From contig CAVSSM010000006.1 in NCBI GenBank assembly GCA_963730605.1, positions 1-12,666 of the forward strand: 12,666 bases of DNA, in the 5' to 3' direction. Below, piece by piece: positions 1-6,641 of the stretch; positions within the stretch are counted from its first letter, which is position 1, and each line of letters starts with the position of its first letter. The notes below the pieces were generated by a model. It searched no databases and had not been told where the DNA came from. It saw only the letters and a list, made by a program, of their open reading frames with translations. The translations under genes and the position numbers were made by a program. Origin of the DNA: an uncultured Chlamydiae bacterium (lineage in GTDB: Bacteria; Chlamydiota; Chlamydiia; Chlamydiales; SM23-39).

Positions 1-115
1 ATGCATGATGAATGTGAGTGATATGATACAGGGATAAGGAATTCCCACTCGAGTCTTTCCGTGGGTAAGAAACCATGAAATTCTACTCATCCTGCCATTT
101 TCTCTACATGAAATT

Positions 116-1045
116 CTAAGGAGTATCTGTTGGTTTCTTGGGCTTTTTCTCTATTTGTTCTGAACAACGATTTTTGTCCAATCCCATCGTCAGCGCCGTC
201 ATCCCCGAAAGACCTCCTAGTTGCATCGTTTCGATGGCGGTGCTGGGGACGATCACGATCGTGGAATTTTCTTTTAAGCCCTCGTAGAGCATGTTCATGG
301 CCCTTAAATGCAGCGCGACGGGATTATTCGTGTAGGTTTTGGCCGCCTCGCCGAATTTTTCCGCTACTTGCCGCTCGGAATCACCCAAAATCACGCGCGC
401 TTGCCGCTCCCTTTCCGCTTGCGCCTGCATAGACATCGCATCTTGCAAAGCCGCTGGAATCAAGACATCCTTGACCTCGACCGAAATCACATTGATCCCC
501 CAAGGCTCCGTCCTTTCATCAATGATCACTCGCAGCTCATCGCTAATTTTGCTTCGCCCTTCCAGCATGTCGGAGAGCATCGTCTTGCCGATCACATCGC
601 GAAGAGCCGTCTGGGACGCCCACCCGATGGCGCTTTGGTAATCTTCCACTTCGAGGGCGGCTTTTTTCGGATCGATCACTTTCCAAAAAAGAACCGCATC
701 GACGTCCACCGGCACCGTATCTTTGGTCAAGGTTTTTTCCGCTTTGAAGGTCGTCGCGATGACCCGGATATCGATCCAGAACGGAATCGTGTCGATCACC
801 GGAATGATGAAAAATAATCCCGGTCCTCTTAGCGTGTGGAACTGGCCTAAACGGAGAACGACGGCCCTGTCCCATTGATTGGCGATATGGATGGCTGCCG
901 AAATGATATAAGCAGTGCAAAGCCCTGCCCCAAAAATAGCGTAGGATTTGTAGCTCTCGGCACTGTACGCGGCATAGGCGAGAGCGGCCCCGAGGCACGC
1001 GATGATGAAGAATATCAAAACTGAAAACGCGCTTTTGGTTCGCAA
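116..1045 (-). CDS. SPFH/band-7 family membrane protein (stomatin/HflC-like); N-terminal transmembrane helix then a PHB domain
   Basis: The 309-aa ORF opens with a hydrophobic N-terminus (FSVLIFFIIACLGAALAYAAY). The conserved SPFH core follows (RAVVLRLGQF...GPGLFFIIP...IDIRV...RDVIG...VKDV...AMSMQAQAERERQARV). The start is TTG, 6 nt downstream of a GGGGGA Shine-Dalgarno-like run. Only 10 bp separate it from the upstream HAD gene. Confidence 0.8.
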   Translation of the reverse strand: MRTKSAFSVLIFFIIACLGAALAYAAYSAESYKSYAIFGAGLCTAYIISAAIHIANQWDRAVVLRLGQFHTLRGPGLFFIIPVIDTIPFWIDIRVIATTFKAEKTLTKDTVPVDVDAVLFWKVIDPKKAALEVEDYQSAIGWASQTALRDVIGKTMLSDMLEGRSKISDELRVIIDERTEPWGINVISVEVKDVLIPAALQDAMSMQAQAERERQARVILGDSERQVAEKFGEAAKTYTNNPVALHLRAMNMLYEGLKENSTIVIVPSTAIETMQLGGLSGMTALTMGLDKNRCSEQIEKKPKKPTDTP

Positions 1046-1055
1046 GTGGATCCCC

Positions 1056-1682
1056 CTATTTAAGTATTAATCCCCGTTTGCCGAGTTCGGCGCTCGTGGC
1101 TTTGAAGCTCGAATGGCAAAGGCCCCGAATTCCTACATCTTTTGCCACTTGTACAAACATAGGCCTGTCTTCGATATAAAGCACCTCCGATGCGGGCACT
1201 TGAGCGACATCGAGGGCCAGGCGATAGATATCCTGGTCGGGCTTGCGGAGGTGTACAAAGCAAGACGATATAAAAAAGTCGACGAAACGGCTGAGTTTGA
1301 ATTTTTTGATCCTGTAAACATTCAGTTCTCGTCCTTCATTGCTCACTACGGCAATCTTCAACCCATATTTTTTTTTCAGCCGGCAAATGAGATCGATCAT
1401 CTCCGGATAGGCTTTGGATTGCTGGAACATAAATGTCTGAAATTGTGCCAGGGTAAATGTTCGCTTTTTGTAAAAAACGATCCGTTCTAGATACTCTTTG
1501 AGGCTTGTCTTGCCCACTTCATAAGTGTCGAACGTCTGTTGGTGGCGGCTATTCAGGTCCGTCAAATCGAGGCCAAAACGGCGGGCCGCCTTTGTCCGCG
1601 AGTCCCGGTCCCACCCATTCGTCAAGAGAACGCCTCCCACATCTAAAAATAGAGTCGTGACCCTCATCCTGAAGCGCTCCAT
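1056..1682 (-). CDS. HAD-superfamily hydrolase (subfamily IA-like phosphatase)
   Basis: The 208-aa ORF carries the HAD motifs: motif I FLDVGGVL (DxG), a Ser/Thr motif (VVSNEG), a Lys motif (LRKPD) and an acidic motif (YIEDR). It starts at an ATG. It sits immediately upstream of the SPFH gene on the same strand and is probably co-transcribed with it. Confidence 0.75.
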   Translation of the reverse strand: MERFRMRVTTLFLDVGGVLLTNGWDRDSRTKAARRFGLDLTDLNSRHQQTFDTYEVGKTSLKEYLERIVFYKKRTFTLAQFQTFMFQQSKAYPEMIDLICRLKKKYGLKIAVVSNEGRELNVYRIKKFKLSRFVDFFISSCFVHLRKPDQDIYRLALDVAQVPASEVLYIEDRPMFVQVAKDVGIRGLCHSSFKATSAELGKRGLILK

Positions 1683-1783
1683 TTCCAGTCCCTGATTTCA
1701 GGCATATTGTTCGCTTCATCACTTCTTTTTTCTCGCATCATCCCTTTTGTTGTGATATTTGTAAATTAGCGGAGAGGCTCATT

Positions 1784-4381
1784 ATGATAGCAACCTATGA
1801 AACGCTCAAAGAGTTGGCCCTTGATTTGCGCTGGTCTTGGAACCACAGCGCCGACATTCTTTGGAAGGAACTAGATCCTGATTTATGGGCGCTCACCCGT
1901 AATCCTTGGGTTGTTCTTCAAACCGTTTCTAAAAAAAAGCTCCAAAAGGCCTTATCCAATCCAAAATTCGAACAAATCGCCGCTGAGTTGATCGAAGCGA
2001 AGAAGGCCCGCCAAGATGCTCCTGGATGGTTTCAGACGGCCCATCCGGATGCATTGACCTCGATTGCCTATTTTAGCATGGAATTTATGTTGAGCGAAGC
2101 GCTTCCCATTTATTCCGGTGGGCTTGGCAATGTCGCAGGCGATCAGTTAAGGGCGGCGAGCGACCTAGGGGTGCCGGTTGTCGGGATTGGGCTTCTCTAT
2201 TCGAAAGGGTATTTTCGACAGATCATCGATAAATATGGCCATCAACAAGCGATCTTTCCCTACAACGATCCGGGGCAGTTGCCGATTTCTCCCTTGAGAA
2301 ACGGCGATGGAGAATGGCTCCGCTTAGGAATAGCATTGCCTGGAGGGTCCGTTTGGGTCCGTGCTTGGGAAGTTCAGGTGGGAAAAGTCAAACTGTATTT
2401 GCTCGATACAAACGATGCGGCGAATTTTCCGGTCCATAGAGGGATCACGGACGAGCTCTACGTCCAGGAGCCTGAACTTCGCTTAAAACAAGAGATCGTT
2501 TTAGGGATTGGCGGATGGAAATTGATTGATGCCCTGGGAACTCAGCCAGAGGTTTGCCACCTCAATGAAGGGCATGCCGCCTTTGCCATTTTGGAAAGGA
2601 CCCGCTCCTACATGGAAAAAACAAAAGTGCCCTTCGATGTGGCGCTTGCCGCAACGCGGCCCGGAAACCTCTTTACGACTCATACCGCAGTACCCTCGGG
2701 ATTCGACCGCTTTCCTTCCGCACTGATCAGACATTATTTGGGATTCTACGCGGAATCTCAGCTTAAGGTCTCTTTTCAGGATTTCATGGCGCTCGGGCGG
2801 GAAATGCCGGACGTTGGGTATTTCAATATGGCGCATTTGGCGATCCGCGGCAGCGGCGCAATCAACGGTGTGAGCAAGCTCCACGGCTATGTCAGCCGCC
2901 GTCTTTTCCTCCCCCTTTTTCCTCGCTGGCCGGAAAGCGATGTTCCGGTAGGTTTTGTGACAAATGGCGTCCACATGCCGAGCTGGGATTCTCTGGAAGC
3001 GGACAACCTTTGGACTGAATTTTGCGGAAAGTCCCGCTGGCTGGAATCGACCGAAGCGCTCGAAGAAAAAATGAGAATCGTCCCTGATCGCAAAATCTGG
3101 GATATGCGGGAAAAAGCGAGGAAGAGACTTGTCGAATTCACAAGGAGCCGCCTGGCGCGGCAGTTGGAAGAGCGCGGGGAGGAACGGGAACGGATTGAAA
3201 CTGTGAAGTCTCTATTCGATCCAAAAGCTTTGACCTTGGGATTCGCAAAACGCTTTGCCGCCTATAAGAGGCCCAATTTGCTCCTTCACGATCCACAGCG
3301 CCTCCTTAGCATCCTGACAAATCCGATGCGCCCCGTTCAGCTCATCTTAGCCGGCAAAGCCCATCCAGCGGATCGAGATGGCCAAAAGCTCATCAGAGAT
3401 TGGATGCACTTTATTAGTCAATTTGAAGAAGCAAGGTCTCGCGTTGTTTTCTTAAGCGATTATGACATGGGCCTTACGGAACGACTGGTCCAAGGGGCCG
3501 ATCTTTGGATCAACACTCCAAGGCGGCCCTGGGAAGCTTGCGGAACGAGCGGGATGAAAGTCTTGGTCAATGGAGGGCTCAATCTCTCTGAATTAGATGG
3601 ATGGTGGGCAGAGAGCTATACCCCGGAAGTGGGATGGGCCATCGGGGATAAATTAGACCGCGGAGACGATCCCGCATGGGACGCGGTAGAGGGAAACGCC
3701 CTCTACGATCTATTAGAACAAAAGATCGTTCCTGAATTTTATCAAAGAAATCAAGACGGCATCCCTGTTTCATGGGTTGCGAAGATTCGGGAAAGCATGG
3801 CGAGGCTCACTCCCCTATTTTCCGCCAACCGCTCGGTGCGGCAGTATTCGGCACTCTATTATATCCCCGCTGCTCGAAATATGCAAAAGCGGACAGCAAA
3901 CCAATCTGCTTTGGCCCGCAAGATCATCGAATGGTGCGCCAAGATTGAAGAAAATTGGGAAGAGGTTCGGTTTGGCTCTTTAAATGTATACCCTGAATCG
4001 GAGGCTCCTCAAAATTTTTATCCGGAGCGAGCGGGCAAAGCCGCGAGGCAAGGCGGAAATGACGAATTTGAGGGAGAGCCGACGACCTCAAAAACCAACT
4101 TTTCAATGGATATAGATCGAAGCAAAGGCAAACAGACTTTTGAAGTAGAGGTTTTTCTTGGGAATCTGGATCCGGCGGATGTCCTCGTCGAACTCTTTGC
4201 AAATGGCGACCCTCCCTTGAAGCAAGAGATGAAGATCACTCGAAATACGGAGAACAGTTATTTTTACTCGGCTGTAGTCGCAACTCCCGACGCTCCAGAT
4301 CAATTCACACCGCGGATCGCGCCCTTTCATACCGACGTTTCCATCCCTTTGGAATTGGCCAAGATCAAATGGCAAAAATAA
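1784..4381 (+). CDS. glgP: alpha-glucan (glycogen/maltodextrin) phosphorylase, GT35, long form with C-terminal extension
   Basis: The 865-aa ORF is intact. It has the DUF3417-type N-terminus (ALDLRWSWNH), the GGLGNVAGD glucan-binding motif, the GVHMPSWD motif, and the pyridoxal-phosphate lysine region TSGMKVLVNGGLNLSELDGWW. A GGAGAGG ribosome-binding site lies 8 nt upstream of the ATG. Confidence 0.9.
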   Translation: MIATYETLKELALDLRWSWNHSADILWKELDPDLWALTRNPWVVLQTVSKKKLQKALSNPKFEQIAAELIEAKKARQDAPGWFQTAHPDALTSIAYFSMEFMLSEALPIYSGGLGNVAGDQLRAASDLGVPVVGIGLLYSKGYFRQIIDKYGHQQAIFPYNDPGQLPISPLRNGDGEWLRLGIALPGGSVWVRAWEVQVGKVKLYLLDTNDAANFPVHRGITDELYVQEPELRLKQEIVLGIGGWKLIDALGTQPEVCHLNEGHAAFAILERTRSYMEKTKVPFDVALAATRPGNLFTTHTAVPSGFDRFPSALIRHYLGFYAESQLKVSFQDFMALGREMPDVGYFNMAHLAIRGSGAINGVSKLHGYVSRRLFLPLFPRWPESDVPVGFVTNGVHMPSWDSLEADNLWTEFCGKSRWLESTEALEEKMRIVPDRKIWDMREKARKRLVEFTRSRLARQLEERGEERERIETVKSLFDPKALTLGFAKRFAAYKRPNLLLHDPQRLLSILTNPMRPVQLILAGKAHPADRDGQKLIRDWMHFISQFEEARSRVVFLSDYDMGLTERLVQGADLWINTPRRPWEACGTSGMKVLVNGGLNLSELDGWWAESYTPEVGWAIGDKLDRGDDPAWDAVEGNALYDLLEQKIVPEFYQRNQDGIPVSWVAKIRESMARLTPLFSANRSVRQYSALYYIPAARNMQKRTANQSALARKIIEWCAKIEENWEEVRFGSLNVYPESEAPQNFYPERAGKAARQGGNDEFEGEPTTSKTNFSMDIDRSKGKQTFEVEVFLGNLDPADVLVELFANGDPPLKQEMKITRNTENSYFYSAVVATPDAPDQFTPRIAPFHTDVSIPLELAKIKWQK

Positions 4382-5523
4382 AAATTCTCGCCTTAAACAG
4401 CGGTTCGAGCAGCATTAAGTGCTGCATCTATGATTTTTCCCATTTTCCAGAGCGCTTGATCGAACCGGCTTGGAAAGCTGAAATCGGATGGAAAAACATC
4501 CGGGATACGGATGCTTCCGAATGGGAAAAAGAGCTCCGCCAAGAGCTTCTGGGCAAGACGTTCGATTGCGTCGGACACCGCATTGTTCATGGCGGAAAAA
4601 AATACACGGAAACCGTGAAGATCGATGACTTGGTCAAAAAAGAGATCCAGGCCCTCTCCGCTTTGGCGCCGCTTCACAATATTTCTGAACTCGAGAACAT
4701 CGAAATCTTGGAAAAGCTTTTCTCGAAGCTTCCGCAGTTTGCCATTTTCGACACGGCCTTCCACCGCACTTTACCCCAAGCGGCCTTGATTTACCCAGGC
4801 CCCTTTGAATGGACAAAGCTCGGCATCCGCCGCTATGGATTCCACGGCATAAGCTTCCAATATTGCGCAAGAAGAGCGGAAGAAATGCTCGGGGAAATGC
4901 CCAATAGGATGGTCGTTTGCCATTTAGGATCGGGAGCTTCTTTGTGCGCCCTCTTGGAAGGGCAAAGCATCGATACGACGATGGGCTTCACGCCCCTGGA
5001 GGGGCTGATGATGGATACCAGGTCAGGCACCGTAGATCCGGGCCTCCTCCTCTATCTTTTGGAAAAGGGAAAGAGGACTGTGGGAGATCTCTCTCGCGAG
5101 TTATATGAAAAGTCGGGCCTGCTCGGACTTTCCGGAATCTCCAGCGATATGCGTGATATTTTGGCAAAAGCTACGGCCGGAGATCTGCGCGCCCAGCTTG
5201 CGATCGACGTCTATCTGCATCGCCTCATCTCCCTGATCGGCTCTATGATCGCCTCTTTAGGGGGCATAGATGCCCTCGTCTTCACTGCCGGGATCGGAGA
5301 AAACGCCCCTCTGATCAGAGAGCGCGTTTGCGATCGCCTCTCTTTCTTAGGGCTAAAGCTCGAGGAAAATCTTACTTCCTTACCCCAAAAATGCTGCATT
5401 TTTGGGGACCCCAGCGGCGACCGGGTCGTCTCATCGCTCGCTTCGAAAGTCAAAATTCTTGTGATCCATACCCAAGAAGCCTTTGAAATCGCCAGGGAAT
5501 GCTGGAAATTGATAACACGCTGA
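4369..5523 (+). CDS. ackA: acetate (propionate) kinase
   Basis: The 384-aa ORF has the N-terminal ILALNSGSSSIK motif (compare LVLNCGSSSLK in E. coli AckA). It also has GHRIVHGG, FDTAFH, IRRYGFHGIS, CHLGSGAS and TAGIGEN. These are co-linear with AckA along the whole length. The ATG lies 13 nt inside the 3' end of glgP. Confidence 0.85.
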   Translation: MAKIKILALNSGSSSIKCCIYDFSHFPERLIEPAWKAEIGWKNIRDTDASEWEKELRQELLGKTFDCVGHRIVHGGKKYTETVKIDDLVKKEIQALSALAPLHNISELENIEILEKLFSKLPQFAIFDTAFHRTLPQAALIYPGPFEWTKLGIRRYGFHGISFQYCARRAEEMLGEMPNRMVVCHLGSGASLCALLEGQSIDTTMGFTPLEGLMMDTRSGTVDPGLLLYLLEKGKRTVGDLSRELYEKSGLLGLSGISSDMRDILAKATAGDLRAQLAIDVYLHRLISLIGSMIASLGGIDALVFTAGIGENAPLIRERVCDRLSFLGLKLEENLTSLPQKCCIFGDPSGDRVVSSLASKVKILVIHTQEAFEIARECWKLITR

Positions 5524-5559
5524 TTTTTATCTTAGCTAACATATTAATATTAAAAATGA

Positions 5560-5625
5560 TTGAATAAAAACAAGAAAGTTGTTTTACATTAAATAATTAT
5601 ATGATATTAATTTAGATATACGGAG
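5560..5625 (+). promoter_or_regulatory. putative sigma70-type promoter and ribosome-binding site within a 108-bp spacer of about 20% GC
   Basis: A TTTACA hexamer, a 16-nt spacer and a TATTAA hexamer are followed by a GGAGGT Shine-Dalgarno sequence 7 nt before the ATG at 5632. The whole 5524-5631 spacer is almost pure A/T, which contrasts with the flanks at about 50% GC. Confidence 0.3.
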
Positions 5626-5631
5626 GTTGTT

Positions 5632-5820
5632 ATGCATGTAGTAAAGTCACTGTCAATAATCACTTTAGCGGCTTATTTGGTTTTTCAAGGGATTTTTTAT
5701 CTTGCCGAGATGGATGCGCCAGTCGCTCAAGCAGCAATTGGGTTGCTCGGATTGGTGTCTGGAGGTCTCATCTTTGTTTCACTGGGTTGTTGGTGTCACT
5801 GCGATACTCGCAGAAAATAA
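5632..5820 (+). CDS. small (62 aa) predicted two-transmembrane-helix membrane peptide with a C-terminal CWCHC cysteine cluster and basic tail; function unknown
   Basis: The Shine-Dalgarno sequence GGAGGT is strong. Two hydrophobic segments (SLSIITLAAYLVFQGIFYL and AAIGLLGLVSGGLIFVSLGCW) are separated by a short acidic loop (AEMDAP). The C-terminus is CHCDTRRK. I could not place it in any family with confidence. Resemblance to DUF378 is vague. Confidence 0.5.
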   Translation: MHVVKSLSIITLAAYLVFQGIFYLAEMDAPVAQAAIGLLGLVSGGLIFVSLGCWCHCDTRRK

Positions 5821-5856
5821 CCATTCTATAGAGGCGAGCGATCCAAGTTGAGGCAG

Positions 5857-5902
5857 GCGCCAAACCCTTTGCCTATCTCAATTTGGGCGCTGGTTTTTTC
5901 TG
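5857..5902 (+). terminator. possible Rho-independent terminator for the small peptide gene
   Basis: A GCGCCAAA...TTTGGGCGC imperfect stem is followed by TGGTTTTTTCTG. It overlaps the 3' end of the convergent DUF1653 ORF. Confidence 0.3.
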
Positions 5903-6096
5903 CCGGAATCCGGGATGAGCAGTTGGAATCTGGGCTGGGATTGCCTTTCGATCACGACATTTTTGAAAAACATTGATACCGGGCGGATCCAAACATCCCC
6001 ATCGCCATACAACGCTTGGTAAACGACTAGCTCTTCAAGCGTTTCGCTATGCCGAGCCATCGCGAGCACCTTTGGCCTTTTTTCATGTCGAATCAT
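5878..6096 (-). CDS. DUF1653-family small cytoplasmic protein
   Basis: The 72-aa ORF contains the characteristic core [30 protein letters not shown]...PRF. There is no clear Shine-Dalgarno sequence. It converges on the small membrane-peptide gene. Confidence 0.7.
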   Translation of the reverse strand: MIRHEKRPKVLAMARHSETLEELVVYQALYGDGDVWIRPVSMFFKNVVIERQSQPRFQLLIPDSGRKNQRPN

Positions 6097-6323
6097 TATT
6101 TGATTTTTTTGGGGGGATTTTTTCCCTCTTCCATCAACGGCTTTTCAGGTTCCTAAACAAGTTGGTGAGCAGAATACGGCCTTTCTCTATGAGTCGGTGG
6201 TGTCAAGAGATTTATCATGAATACATCATTAAACGACAACAACACCGTAGCGGGGCCTTACAAGCACCTGTTGTGATGTAAACAATTGATTCTGAACATG
6301 ATGGTAACCGGATTTCCCTCTCG

Positions 6324-6394
6324 CGGGCACGCGAGGCACGTGTCCCGTCATGGTCGGGGTCCGACTGCGCCCGGTTTTTGCGAAACGCAAAAAC
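6324..6394 (-). other. two stable hairpins in the tRNA operon trailer (6324-6347 and 6374-6394)
   Basis: CGGGCACG-cgagg-CGTGTCCCG forms a stem with one bulge. GTTTTTGCG-AAA-CGCAAAAAC is a perfect 9-bp stem. Both lie downstream of the minus-strand tRNAs. Confidence 0.4.
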
Positions 6395-6405
6395 ATCGGT
6401 GCTCA

Positions 6406-6460
6406 GTTCGAATCCGGCTACCGTCAATTTTGAAAAAATTGACGGTAGCCGGATTCGAAC
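6406..6460. repeat. perfect 26-bp inverted repeat (3-nt centre) built from the 3' end of the adjacent tRNA-Met plus 5 nt of its trailer
   Basis: GTTCGAATCCGGCTACCGTCAATTTT / gaa / AAAATTGACGGTAGCCGGATTCGAAC. The right arm (6435-6460) contains the T-loop and acceptor 3' strand of the minus-strand tRNA (6440-6460). The left arm (6406-6431) is an orphan copy in opposite orientation with no matching tRNA 5' half. Confidence 0.85.
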
Positions 6461-6513
6461 CAGCGACACGCGGATTATGATTCCGCTGCTCTAACCAACT
6501 GAGCTATACCGCC
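6440..6513 (-). tRNA. tRNA with CAT anticodon, elongator tRNA-Met type (could also be lysidine-modified tRNA-Ile2); no encoded CCA
   Basis: A cloverleaf can be drawn by hand. The acceptor is GGCGGTA/TACCGTC. The D-arm is GCTC-AGTTGGTTA-GAGC. The anticodon stem is GCGGA/TCCGC with loop ATCATAA. The T-arm is GCTGG-TTCGAAT-CCGGC. The discriminator is A. Confidence 0.85.
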
Positions 6514-6528
6514 AAAGAATTGGGAAAT

Positions 6529-6601
6529 TAGCGGGGGTAGGACTCGAACCTACGGCCTTTGGGTTATGAGCCCAACGAGCTAACCACTGCTCCACCCCGC
6601 G
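6529..6601 (-). tRNA. initiator tRNA-fMet (CAT)
   Basis: It starts CGCGGGG. Positions 1:72 are an unpaired C x U. A11:U24 is present. Three consecutive G:C pairs close the anticodon stem (TTGGG-CTCATAA-CCCAA). The T-arm is GTAGG-TTCGAGT-CCTAC. There is no encoded CCA. The 1:72 pair, A11:U24 and the G:C triplet are the bacterial initiator hallmarks. Confidence 0.85.
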
Positions 6602-6603
6602 GT

Positions 6604-6640
6604 ATTTAAGAAATGACAAATCTATCATGACAAAGGATTT
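6604..6640 (-). promoter_or_regulatory. putative promoter for the tRNA pair, with duplicated TTGTCAT motif
   Basis: The minus strand reads TTGTCAT-gatagat-TTGTCAT-ttct-TAAATA-cc and then the tRNA 5' end. The -35-like and -10-like hexamers are 19 nt apart. Confidence 0.25.
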
Positions 6641-6641
6641 A

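Noticed and set aside
130-998. ORFs 130-432, 308-817 and 339-641 on the plus strand, and 543-998 on the minus strand, overlapping the SPFH gene
   Set aside because: They are antisense or out of frame relative to the well-supported SPFH coding sequence. They are Arg/Pro-rich low-complexity translations.
5632-5820. Calling the small membrane peptide a DUF378 protein or a type I toxin
   Set aside because: Only a loose resemblance to the DUF378 Gly/Trp motif exists. Two transmembrane helices and 62 aa are atypical for classic type I toxins. I left it unassigned.
6406-6431. The tRNA 3' fragment as an attL/attR scar of an integrative element
   Set aside because: Site-specific integration leaves the duplicated tRNA 3' end in direct orientation at the far end of the element. 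Here the copy is inverted and only 3 nt from the intact gene. No integrase is nearby.
5973-6480. ORFs 5973-6281 (plus strand), 6215-6469 (minus strand) and 6286-6480 (plus strand)
   Set aside because: The first is antisense to DUF1653. The other two run through the tRNA genes and the palindrome. None has a ribosome-binding site or any family resemblance.
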